Source: Octopus bimaculoides (taxonomy: Eukaryota). From it: a stretch of 64,000 nucleotides of DNA. Location of the stretch: NCBI RefSeq assembly GCF_001194135.2, contig NC_068981.1:99914919-99978918 (forward strand), given 5' to 3'. A program made the translations under genes and the position numbers. The first letter of the stretch is position 1, and the number at the start of each line of letters is the position of its first letter. This document shows, in pieces, positions 26,875 through 38,450 of this stretch. The notes under the pieces were generated by a model that was given only the letters and a program-made list of their open reading frames with translations, did not search any database and was not told the origin of the DNA.

Positions 26875-27102
26875 AAGGCAGATTGCTTAGTAGTTAGAAC
26901 ATCGGGCTCACAATCATGAGGTGGTGGGTTTGATTCCTAGACAGGCTGTGTATTTTGTTCTTGAGCAAGACACTTTATTTCATGTTGCTCAGTTCACTCA
27001 GCTGTGGAAATATGTTGCAACATCACTGGTGCCAAACTGTATTAGCCTTTGCTTTTACCTTGGATAACATCAGTGGCATGGGAAGGGGAGGCTGGTATGC
27101 AT
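26875..27102 (+). mobile_element. SINE family B, 3'-truncated
   Basis: Aligns with 24276-24510. Confidence 0.8.
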
Positions 27103-27117
27103 ACCTATATATATTAT

Positions 27118-27500
27118 CTTTTATTTGTTTCAGGCATTGGATTGCTGTCATAGCAGGGCACCGCATTGAAGGGTTTAGTCAAACAAATTTACTCTAGTAC
27201 TTATTTTCAAGCCTGGTACTTATTCTATCGCTCTCTTTTGCCGTACAGTTAAGTTACAGGAATGTAAACTAACCGATACTAGTTGTCAAGCGGTGAGGGT
27301 GGACAGACACAAATATACACAGATATATATACATATTCAACAGACTTCTTTCAGTTTCCGTCTACCAAATTCACTCACAAGGCTTTGGTCGACCTGAGGC
27401 TATAGTAGAAGACACTTGCCCAAGATGCCACGCAGTGGGACTGAACCCGGAACCATGTGGTTGGTAAGCAAGCTACTTACCAAACAGCCACTCCTACGCC
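27118..27500 (-). mobile_element. SINE family A
   Basis: Antisense of the 9870-10252 consensus, including the head. Confidence 0.85.
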
Positions 27501-27716
27501 TCATGTATATATGTCTTAGTATTTCCATTTTCCCCCAGCCACTACTTGACAACCAGTGTTTGTTTACTTTATTGTCACTTAGCACTTCGACACAACTAAT
27601 CTAATTGAATAAGTATCAGATTTCAAAATACAGGAGGAGGGGAGCGATTTTTTCCAACAAAACCCATGAAGGTGGTACTTCAGCACAACTGAGGCTCAAT
27701 GACTGAAACAAGTAAA

Positions 27717-28064
27717 NNNNNNNNNNNNNNNNNNNNNNNNNNNNNNNNNNNNNNNNNNNNNNNNNNNNNNNNNNNNNNNNNNNNNNNNNNNNNNNNNNNN
27801 NNNNNNNNNNNNNNNNNNNNNNNNNNNNNNNNNNNNNNNNNNNNNNNNNNNNNNNNNNNNNNNNNNNNNNNNNNNNNNNNNNNNNNNNNNNNNNNNNNNN
27901 NNNNNNNNNNNNNNNNNNNNNNNNNNNNNNNNNNNNNNNNNNNNNNNNNNNNNNNNNNNNNNNNNNNNNNNNNNNNNNNNNNNNNNNNNNNNNNNNNNNN
28001 NNNNNNNNNNNNNNNNNNNNNNNNNNNNNNNNNNNNNNNNNNNNNNNNNNNNNNNNNNNNNNNN

Positions 28065-28065
<1 letters not shown>
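27717..28065. other. Assembly gap (N)
   Basis: N run. Confidence 0.98.
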
Positions 28066-28095
<30 letters not shown>

Positions 28096-28299
28096 TGTAT
28101 ATGTGTGTGAATTTTGTGGTAAGGTCTCAACAAGTGGAGTAGCACTTGATCAGCTAAGAGAGTAAAGATAGTGTTACAATAAAGACTACAAGTCTAGGGA
28201 AATATAGCTACCTGAGGTTTCTTGGCTAAAACGTTAAATTATTTCACCATTTGTCAAGCTGAGAACAAGATTGTTTGTCAGTTGCTTTTTAAACAGATA

Positions 28300-28860
28300 A
28301 CATTTGAACAAGGAATGCTCATAAGGAAAAAGTCAAAAAAATATATATATATATATAACCAATGTTACAATAAACAAATGTAAGATTTTGAAGTACAATA
28401 AGATGTAAACAAGATGTTAACGTGTCTGGTGACCTATTTTAAAATTCTGTCAAGATGTGTTTCTTCAAATGCAGACATAACCTTGATCCTCCTCCCATCA
28501 ATTTTAAGACATATATAAATAAGCAACCGACAACTCAGGCCTGCCGTCGATGCACGTGTAGAGACACATGACTAAATATCCTCTAGGACAGAAATTTGAT
28601 ATCTCCTCTATTGTTTATGAAGCACAGGTATCAGAGAACTATGACAATAGCTGAATAGAAATCATGTGTTATATCAGAGCAGTGGTTGGAAAATTTAAAT
28701 CCAGATATAACAATCATCTTGTGGCTTCTAAGCACCATGATGAGAGACATTCTGGAAGCTTAAAGATGAAGGGACCAACTATGACATCAAATAGAAAATC
28801 CTTCCCAATAAATATATCTCTGAAAGAACTTGAGAAACTAAGTAAATTCCAGGAACGAGA
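28300..28860 (+). mobile_element. Penelope-like retroelement relic: Cys motif plus GIY-YIG endonuclease
   Basis: CTCRDT*..YPLGQKFDISSIVYEAQV...CYIRAVVGKFKSRYNNHLVASKH matches the PLE pattern CxCR...CPLxGxC...VYxAxV...YIG...FKxRxxNH. Contains stops and a frameshift. Confidence 0.75.
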
Positions 28861-28957
28861 ATTTTTCTTTATGTTTGCATTTTAAGAAATATATCTTGGC
28901 AGAATATAAAAATAAGCCACTGGACACATCATAAACTATTAACATCTTGCTTATAAC

Positions 28958-29017
<60 letters not shown>

Positions 29018-29027
29018 NNNNNNNNNN
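29018..29027. other. Short assembly gap (N) between (TG)n and (TA)n arrays
   Basis: N run. Confidence 0.9.
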
Positions 29028-29139
29028 TATATATATATATATATATATATATATGCATATATATATATGTATATATATATGAGTATATATATATACATAT
29101 ATGTATATATATGTATACGTATACATATATATATATCTT

Positions 29140-30340
29140 CATCATCATCATCATTTAACGTCTGTTTTCCATGCTGGCATAGGTTGAACAGTTTGACTGG
29201 AGACTGGCATGCCAGGAAGTTGCACCAGGCTCCAATCTGATCTGGCAATGTTTCTACAGCTGGAAACCCTTCCTAACACCAACCACTCCGAGAGTGTAGT
29301 GGGTGCTTTTCATCTACCACTGCCATGGGAACCAGTCAGGCGGCACTGGTATCGACCAAGTTCAGATGGTGCCTTTTACATGTCACCAGCACAGGAGCCA
29401 GTGGGGGCAGGGTAGCTGGCATCGACCGCATTTGGATAGTGCTTTTTGTGTGCCACCAGCACGGGGAGCCATCCAGGTGACTCTGGCAATGACTCACGCA
29501 TGAATGGTGCTTATTGCATGCCACCAGCACTGGTATTGGCCACAACTACAATTTCCATTTGATTGTGATTTGATTTGATTTTGATTTACTTGACTCAATA
29601 GGTCTCCTCAAGCATGGAATGTTGCATGACAATTCAAAGGTACTTTTTAAATGGGCTAGTTATATGACATTGGTGTAGATTATGGCTGTGATCTCACTTT
29701 CCTTGCCAGGTCTTCTCAATCACAGCATACCTCCAGAAGTCTCAGTCTTTCGTCATTACCTCTGTGAGGCTCAACTTTCGTAGGTCATGCTTCACCACCT
29801 CATTCCATGTCTTGCTGGGTCTCCCTCTTCCATGGGTTCATTCCACTGTTAGGGAGTGACACTTCTTCACACAGCTCTCCTCATCCATACAGAGCACATG
29901 ACCATACCAGTGCAGTCATCTCTCTTGCACACTACATCTGATGCTTCTTATGTCCCACATTTCTCTCAGGGCGCTTCCACTCTGTTCTGTGTGCACACTG
30001 ACATTACACATCCAGCGGATCATACTAGCTTCATTTCTTTCCAGCCAATGCATGTCTTGAGCTGTCATGGCCCATGTTTCACTGCCGTGTAGCATGGCGG
30101 TTCGCACACATGTATCATACAATCTACCTTTCACTCTGAGGGAGAGGCCCTTTGTCACCAGTAGAGCTAGGAGCTCTCTGAACTTTGCTTAGATTATTCT
30201 TATTCTATTGGCGACGATCTCTGAGAATCCACCCCCAATATGGACTTGTTCACCTAGGTAGTGGAAGCTGTCATATACTTCTAGTTTTTCCCCCTGGCAT
30301 CTGAGGGAATAAGTTTTCTGAGCATCTACGGAGTTTATTG
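29140..30340 (-). mobile_element. 5'-truncated RTE (BovB-like) LINE: ORF2 C-terminus, 3' UTR and (GAT)n tail
   Basis: SFHYLGEQV...; TKGLSLRVKGRLYDTCVRTAMLHGSETWAMTAQDMHWLERNEASMIRWMC (LYGSETW motif). Tail at about 29140. Confidence 0.92.
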
Positions 30341-30380
30341 TCCCTGTGCATCTGCTGCACACAAAAACTATGTATGTATA

Positions 30381-30591
30381 CTCTTACTCTTTTACTTGTT
30401 TCAGTCATTTGACTGCGGCCATGCTGGAACACCGCCTTTAGTCGAGCAAATCAACCCCAGGACTTATTCTTTGTAAGCCTAGTACTTATTCTATCAGTCT
30501 CTTTTGCCGAACCGCTAAGTGACGGGGACATAAACACACCAGCATTGTTTGTCAAGCAATGCTAGGGGGACAAACACAGACACACACTCAC

Positions 30592-30624
<33 letters not shown>

Positions 30625-30671
30625 TATACATATATACGACGGGCTTCTTTCAGTTTCCGTCTACCAAATCC
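30381..30671 (-). mobile_element. SINE family A, young copy running into a gap
   Basis: CpGs retained (gaccgctaagtgacgggg, acgacgggc). Matches the family A 3' half. Confidence 0.88.
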
Positions 30672-31395
30672 NNNNNNNNNNNNNNNNNNNNNNNNNNNNN
30701 NNNNNNNNNNNNNNNNNNNNNNNNNNNNNNNNNNNNNNNNNNNNNNNNNNNNNNNNNNNNNNNNNNNNNNNNNNNNNNNNNNNNNNNNNNNNNNNNNNNN
30801 NNNNNNNNNNNNNNNNNNNNNNNNNNNNNNNNNNNNNNNNNNNNNNNNNNNNNNNNNNNNNNNNNNNNNNNNNNNNNNNNNNNNNNNNNNNNNNNNNNNN
30901 NNNNNNNNNNNNNNNNNNNNNNNNNNNNNNNNNNNNNNNNNNNNNNNNNNNNNNNNNNNNNNNNNNNNNNNNNNNNNNNNNNNNNNNNNNNNNNNNNNNN
31001 NNNNNNNNNNNNNNNNNNNNNNNNNNNNNNNNNNNNNNNNNNNNNNNNNNNNNNNNNNNNNNNNNNNNNNNNNNNNNNNNNNNNNNNNNNNNNNNNNNNN
31101 NNNNNNNNNNNNNNNNNNNNNNNNNNNNNNNNNNNNNNNNNNNNNNNNNNNNNNNNNNNNNNNNNNNNNNNNNNNNNNNNNNNNNNNNNNNNNNNNNNNN
31201 NNNNNNNNNNNNNNNNNNNNNNNNNNNNNNNNNNNNNNNNNNNNNNNNNNNNNNNNNNNNNNNNNNNNNNNNNNNNNNNNNNNNNNNNNNNNNNNNNNNN
31301 NNNNNNNNNNNNNNNNNNNNNNNNNNNNNNNNNNNNNNNNNNNNNNNNNNNNNNNNNNNNNNNNNNNNNNNNNNNNNNNNNNNNNNNNNNNNNNN
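30672..31395. other. Assembly gap (N)
   Basis: N run. Confidence 0.98.
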
Positions 31396-31419
31396 TACAT
31401 ACCTACATCTACATGTATA

Positions 31420-31870
31420 TATAGATGCATATCTGGGTACAGGACGTTGCAAAAAAAAAAACGTGGACAAAATGATAAACAGGGTACAGAAAACACATAG
31501 GCCACATAAAGAACATTTCCTTCATTAGCTGCCACTATTCTAAAACTAAGCGTTTCGGAGAGTTAGGGCAAGATGCATCGTTAGAATGGCTCTTCCCACG
31601 GACCACAAATTAAATTTGTACCATAGAGGAATGTACTGGCAGACAGAAACAAGACAGGAAAACGAAACAGTGAAAACAAACAAAAAAGGCTATATGGCCA
31701 GACGTGAAAAAATATGTGTATACTGAACGCTGTGAAGCAACGAACTGGAAGGAAGCGGGACGAAGAATGTTCGTGTGCATGCTTGGTGATAGCCAAGATA
31801 AGAAAGGAAGTAGTTACTGGACACATGTGACCAGTGAGGGGTAAGGAGAAAGAGTGAAGGCTAACCATCA
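31420..31870. repeat. CpG-rich, probably young repeat of unknown class
   Basis: Many more CpGs than the flanks. Not similar to other repeats in the window. Confidence 0.35.
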
Positions 31871-33253
31871 TATATTACATGCATATAAAAATATACAAAT
31901 AAAAAAGATGTAAAGTGCAGGATATAGAGAGGAAAAGATAAAAGTAGCATGTGTAATTGAAAATCATGAACACTAACCAAGAAATGTGACTTGTTTAGGC
32001 TCAGGTTGTCTCTGATCAAGCAAGATCTATGACAAAAGGTATTTCTAACTTTTTCATAAAGTTTGTACACCAAACATTATGGTATAGTGTGAGTTGAGAG
32101 AGCTCTGGCTATTATTTCTGGCAGTTCAAGCAACCAAGTAGACATTCCCTTCTTGTTGGGTTGTAAAAAATGTATGAGCAACACATGACTTTCTCATTTA
32201 CATACCTCTTTATATTCTGTTTGTTTACTTCACAGTTCCTACTAATGTTTACAAATTCATTCTTAGAACAAATCTAGCTTATTGATAAATTTTATGTCTC
32301 TGTATGATAGCTTTAGTATTTAATGCTTTTATGTCTCAGAAATCTGTAGAATGTGTTGCAGCTGTGCACCATTGATTCAATTGAAAGAACTTTACTCAAA
32401 CAAACATATCCTAACAGCCACACAGTTTGCATCAAGGAATTAGCTTTCAGTGTGTATTCTGCCAACAATTTTATATATGTGTATATATATACACACACAC
32501 ATCTAACAAAACTGGATATTTTGAAGCATCTCCATAGACTTTTAGCATAAAGATGTATCAGGAAGCACTTCTTTGCAAAAGACACACACACACACACACA
32601 TGTATACACACATATATTACAGTTATGCTATACTTAAAGTATGAGCTCTAACATGTCCCAAGTTGTTACTATACAACTAAAGATTAGACTCACTCTCCAC
32701 AGCTTTCTATAAGCAATTAATTTTAATTAAAATTTCTGTGGTTATCTCAACTTTTTTGATAAAATTTAGTCATTTAGATAATAATTTGTTCTTATCACTA
32801 AAGATTGGTTTTATTGAATTGAAGCCAAGTATGTAAGTGCTCACTTTACTATTGAGTTTTCTTGCAGCAAGTGTCCCTGGAGATATCTTTCCAATCATTC
32901 TTTTATATCATTATGATAGTTAGTGTTCTTGTACACATACTGGAAATTTTATTCCCCTAATTATTCAAAGATCTGGTGGTTACGGCAGACTTTGTTTTGT
33001 CAATGAGGTCTAAAGATCAGTCTGGCTCATGACAGCATTCCATATTAAATTAATTTTAATTAAGATATCTTTAATTATATTCACACCAGAAAAAAAACAT
33101 AGAGCTAATGAAGAGGACTTTCTGCAGGCAGCTGACTAACTAGAAATAGTAAACAATTCTCTCTCTCAAATTTCCCAATACAATCTTAAAAAAGTTGCGT
33201 TTGATACACAATACCTAAAAAAAAAAGAGATGCACATGTGTGGAAATGTGCAC

Positions 33254-33295
<42 letters not shown>

Positions 33296-33599
33296 ATGAG
33301 TGTGGGAAGTACATGTGTGTGAGTCTATTTGCATATATGAACACTGTAAGACATAACCATTAACTTTGAACATACACTGTTTATAGAGAAATGCCTCAGT
33401 TGCTCATCATGTGATAAGATTCCTCTCTTATCTTTTTTACATATATCTATTATAAAAGCATGTTAGTCTCCATACAGCCATAGAGAATAAAGAAGCACTC
33501 AAAGTACACAAAATAATCAAAAGCAAAAGACAATCTAAATCCATCAAAAAACTATGGTTGTCCTAATTGCAGAACTTGCAAACTTATTGAAGACAAAAC

Positions 33600-33781
33600 A
33601 TATAAAATTAACATTATTTACATTATTTACATTTGACGGATATTTGTCCTCATCTTGTTTGTTGCTAACACAACGTTTCGGCTGATATACCCTCCAGCCT
33701 TCGTCAAATATCCGTCAAATGTAAATAATGTAAATAATGTTAATAATTCCTCATCTCTTAAATATAGAACTATATAAAATT
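33600..33781. mobile_element. Truncated hammerhead-bearing SINE with inverted duplication and 10-bp TSD
   Basis: TSD ATATAAAATT at 33600-33609 and 33772-33781. Perfect 40-bp inverted arms at 33607-33646 and 33705-33744. The 3' end tcttaaatatagaact is shared with the 58.8 kb copy. Confidence 0.85.
33667..33707 (-). ncRNA. Minimal hammerhead ribozyme core (5' side truncated)
   Basis: (T)TGACGA-A-GGCTG-gagggtatat-CAGCC-GAAA-CGTT-GTGTT. Stem II and the ACGT palindrome are intact. C3 and the stem I 5' strand are lost at the inversion junction. Confidence 0.6.
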
Positions 33782-34669
33782 TATTACCTAATTGCAAACA
33801 CAATTGTGTTGTTGCATATAGGTGCATATGCATGCGTGTAAACGTCCATTTATCCATACACGCACACACATGTTTAGTTACAGATGTACATCTTTCTTCT
33901 CACAACATTACATATAACACCTTCCTTTCAACTATGGTCTAAAACAGTAGCATCTCTGACTACATATTTATTGACCTAATTGACCTTTAATTTGTGTATC
34001 AAGCTTAAATATAACTCTTCACTTTATTCACATAGAAGGTAGGTTTATCTATCATAGTTCAGTTTCCTTTTGATTGATGCCTCTTCAGAAGACCATAATT
34101 ACATCTAAAAGAAGTAGCTACAGTAAGAAAATTCAAAATTAACCACCAACATGCCAATTACTAGCATTGTAATAATATTGGTAAAGCATCTACGAGACTT
34201 AGCAGGCTCATAATAGTAAACTTTTAAAGTGGAGTCTGGTTCACATGAATTTTATAAGCCTATCTGTTTCATACAAATTGGAATAATGCAACAGAGATAA
34301 CCACTAAATTAATGAGGGTAATGTGTTATGACTGGAAATACACAATCCAACAGTTTCATGTATAACCTACTTCACTGTTGGTTAGCTGAATATGACACTG
34401 ATGTTGACCTGTGACTAACCTTTTAGTATTTAAACCAGCCATGTCAGGCCCAAATATTCTACCTGTTTTATGATTAAATTGGCCAGGTTCAGCCTTTTAT
34501 CCTTTAATGTCATTCTTAAGATAAGCAATCACATCATTGAAATATCAAATGAAAAACACAACCTGTAATAATCCTTTCTACTATAGACACAAGGCTGATT
34601 TTTTTTTGTGTGTGTGGAGAAGAGGGGGCTAATTGATTACAGTAATTCAATGCTCCTCTAGTACTAATT

Positions 34670-34795
34670 TTATTGACTCCAGAAGGATGAAATGCAAAGT
34701 CAACCTTAGAGGAATTTGAACTCAGAACATAGACAAAATGGTTGGCAGCATTTTGTTTGACATGCTAACAATTCTGCCAGCATGCCACCTTCAAA
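34670..34795 (-). mobile_element. SINE family E
   Basis: gaaggatgaaatgcaaagtcaaccttagaggaatttgaactcagaac...ctgccagcatgccacct. Confidence 0.75.
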
Positions 34796-35604
34796 ACCTG
34801 TAATAAAAAAATATGAAGGTCAATTGTTTAAAATTTCATTTTTAATATCATATGCATTAAGGAGTTATGAGGGACAAGATTTGCAAGGCTAGCCTACTGA
34901 TTATATAAACAACAGAGAAAAAAAAATGAAAACCATAAGATATGACAATATGAAGTGGATAAATATTGATAATAGTGAAAGATATACTCCAGACTGACAT
35001 CTTTATTCACTCTGGTAGTGTGTGTAAGTTAAATGACAGAGAATCAACTAACTGAAATTATTACATAATATATCTCTGCCGCCGCCACTACTACTATAAT
35101 GATAATCATCTACTGTAAAAGTCTACGTATAATATGCATCTTGATTTGTGGAGCTAAATTGTCTTTAAAACCTATAATACAATATAGCATACTATGCAAC
35201 TGCCACAACAGTAGCTAATCTTCTGAAATCCAATATATTAGCTTCTAATATTTCATCTTATACAAAATATATTAATATATATATATATTTTTAAATCTAA
35301 AAAGTAATAAAGCTTTAAAACATTATTGTTTTTTCTTAATAAAAGTGTGTGGGGAAAAAGTTTGCAGCCTAATACCATATATTATATGCTCTAATTTTAA
35401 TCTTGATTTTGGTGGAATAAGTGCATTTTATATGCATGGTACTTAATATTGGGCTTATAGTTTTCTCACTCACATATGCCTGCATTAAAACATTTTACTG
35501 TGTATCTTCAATTTGCATTACTATACATTAGAGAATAGTTTGGAGTTAATCAATGAAACCTCAGTAGGTCACTTAATCTGCTAGAAATAGGAACCATATC
35601 ATAC

Positions 35605-35661
35605 CTGACCATCTTAAAAAGAAAGTAAACATCAGATAACATGGTCCTAAATACATTGTGT
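35605..35661 (-). CDS. Weak candidate 57-nt exon
   Basis: ttttttttccag| ... CAG|GTATGA. Two open frames. No homology recognised. Confidence 0.15.
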
Positions 35662-36629
35662 CTGGAAAAAAAATTAACATAAGATGGTCATAAATGGAAT
35701 ACCTTTGATCATAAGTCTTCTGCATCAGATATGACCTGAGTTTAAGCAACATTCTGAAGTTTGTCCTTACTAATGCTCTCACAAACATTCCTCAGGCTAA
35801 CTCAACCATAAGTATCTACCACCAAATCATAGCAATTGTTCACCCAACATGTATCATCAATTTACAATACACATTCAAACCAGCACAGCTGTATCTACAG
35901 CAGACATCTACCAATATTGTTGATGCATGGTTGCTTTCTCAAGCCACTTTCTCATAATTTAATATTACAACCAATAGAACAGATCAATTCAGAATATTCA
36001 AGCTAATGCATTATTTTTTCTTTTTATTACAGGAATCTATTATGTTTCCTGTCAAAATGAAAACTGTTCCAGAAGTTAAGAAATATTTGACATATTTATT
36101 GATTTCTCACTGTTTAGCACTGCATTATTGATTAATTTGCTATTGATGAAAAGTTTCAATTTCAGTTTCAGACATTTAAATAAGAGAAAATCACCAGAAG
36201 ACTATGAAGTTTTATTGTGATAGTGTTTATTCGGATGCTAAAAATCACTGTTGTGACATTAGTCCACAGACCGTTGAATGAAATAGCCTTAGACTTCATA
36301 CTTTAGCATTCAAATTCAGTTCATCAATAGATAATTAACTTTATTAAATTCATCAAATGGAAAAAATAATGAATTTGAGTGTATGACACCCATTCCTCTC
36401 CATTAGTAAATGTTCACATGGAACTTACTCCAACGCAAAGGTAATAGCCAGGGAAAACAAAAATGTTTTATAGTTATTGTTTTTAGCTCCATCACAGTCC
36501 TGGCTGGGAAGACTATAATCATGACCATTCTATCTCTATCTACTATTATATATCAACAACTATATTGTCCAATGTGTTTTGGTGAAGCATTGTGTAGTAT
36601 TACTTTAAAGAGTTTGGTGTGTATGGCCA

Positions 36630-36820
36630 GAACAATGTCAAAAGGTACAAAGTAAACTTAAAAAAGGAAAACAAAACAAAAAGTTGCTGTTTTACCTTGT
36701 ATTTTTATATTTTTATATTTCAAGAAATATAGAAATACAAGGTACAACTGCAACTTTGTTTTGTTTTCTTTTATTTTCCTTTCCCCTTTGTAGTTTACTT
36801 TGTACCTTCTTGCATTGTTC
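36630..36820. repeat. About 190-bp imperfect palindrome
   Basis: gaacaatg...ggtacaaagtaaact...aaaacaaaacaaaaagttgctgttttaccttgtattttt pairs with aaatacaaggtacaactgcaactttgttttgtttt...agtttactttgtacc...cattgttc. The tip is atatttc-aa-gaaatat. Confidence 0.85.
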
Positions 36821-36989
36821 CAGCATTACACAACAAATCTCTTTAATATATGTGTGTATGTGTGTGAGAGAGCTTGTATATATATGTATGTGTGTGTGTG
36901 TTGCAAGATCCACTAGAACCTAGATATTTCAACACATAAGACACCAAGATAAGCCAGGTACTGAGCTTGTATATATGCCTCACAGAAGC

Positions 36990-37255
36990 AATGACCGAGA
37001 CCTTTGCTAATATGTCGTGCTTCAGAAGAAAACCCATCTAGCCAAGTAAAATCACAGTCAGGGCAGATACTGGTGTCACATAAATAGCACCCGTGCCAGT
37101 GGCACATATAAGCACCCATTACACTCTCGGAGTGGTTGACACCCAACCGTAGAAGCCATGCCAAATCAGACTAGAGTCTGGTGCAGCCTTCCAGCTTGCT
37201 AGCCCTGGTCAAACTGTCCAACCCATGGACACCAGATGTTAAATGATGATGATTA
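36990..37255 (+). mobile_element. RTE-type 3' UTR/tail fragment
   Basis: cacccattacactctcggagtggttg...gttaaatgatgatgat. Confidence 0.8.
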
Positions 37256-37284
37256 TCATCACACACACACACACACACACAGAT

Positions 37285-37648
37285 TCTTTCTTTTATTCAT
37301 GTACTTGTTTCAGTCATTAGACTGCAGCCATGCTAGGGCACCGACTTGAATCTTTAGTCAAACGAATAGATCCCAGTACTTATATTTTTTTAAAGCCAGG
37401 CACTTATTCTATCAGTCTCTTTTGCTGAACTGCCAAGTTATGGAGATGCAAACACACCAGTGATGTGTGTGGGGGGGGGGGAGACAAACACCAACATACA
37501 CACACACATATATTTAACAGGCTTCTTTCAGTTTCCATCTACAAAATCTACTTAGAAGGCTTTGGTGAGCCCAAGGTGCCATGCAGTGGGACTGAACCTG
37601 GAACCACATGGTTGGGAAGTGAGCTTCTTACCACACAGCCATGCTTGT
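37285..37648 (-). mobile_element. SINE family A (decayed)
   Basis: Antisense match to family A. Confidence 0.8.
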
Positions 37649-38061
37649 GACTATATATACATATAGACATATGCATACATGTGTGTGTATAAAAATGCTT
37701 AACTGACAGTTGTACAATTTCTCAATACTTATTCATTTTTTTCTCAGAAGTATAAATTAAAGAAAAGAAATTCAGCTTGCACAGAATAGCAATACTAGGA
37801 GGGGAAGACCTAGAAAAAAATTTGTAAATGAAGTAACAACTACAAATATGCATCAGTTTGAATTAAAGGGTTGGCAAAATTTCAAATGAGGGAAGTAGAA
37901 AAGAAAAATATGGGAAATAGACAGATGTTAAGTACAGATGATAAATTTCTACATAAGTAGTTTAAATAGTAACTTACGTATAAACACCCATGTACATATA
38001 CACAGACACATATATTATACTCACACACATTTAAACATACATGTACACACATATATATATA

Positions 38062-38450
38062 TGCATCGTCTTGTTGGCACTCCGTTGCTTACGACGTCGA
38101 GGGTTCCAGTTGATCCGATCAACGGAACAGCCTGCTTGTGAAATTAACGTGCAAGTGGTTGAGCACTCCACAGACACGTGTACCCTTAACGTAGTTCTCT
38201 GGGATATTCAGTGTGACACAGTGTGACAAGGCTGACCCTTTGAATTACATGCACAACAGAAACAGGAAAAGTGAGAGAAAGTTGTGGTGAAAGAGTACAG
38301 TAGGGTTTGCCACCATCCCCTGCCGGAGCCTTGTGGAGCTTTAGGTATTTTTGTTCAATAAACACTCACAACACCCGGTCTGGGAATCGAAACCGCGATT
38401 CTATGACTGTGAGTCCGCTACCCTAACCACTGGGCCATTGCGCCTCCACA
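38062..38450 (-). mobile_element. tRNA-derived SINE (family D), full length
   Basis: Reverse complement begins ggaggcgcaaTGGCCCAGTGGttag (A box) ... GGTTTCGATTCC (B box). Confidence 0.85.

Noticed and set aside
27696-28145. Long ORFs over N runs (also 30549-31535 and 44422-45468)
   Set aside because: Artefacts of assembly gaps.
34040-34095. CTGAAGA...GAAA on the minus strand as a hammerhead
   Set aside because: No stem II pairing.
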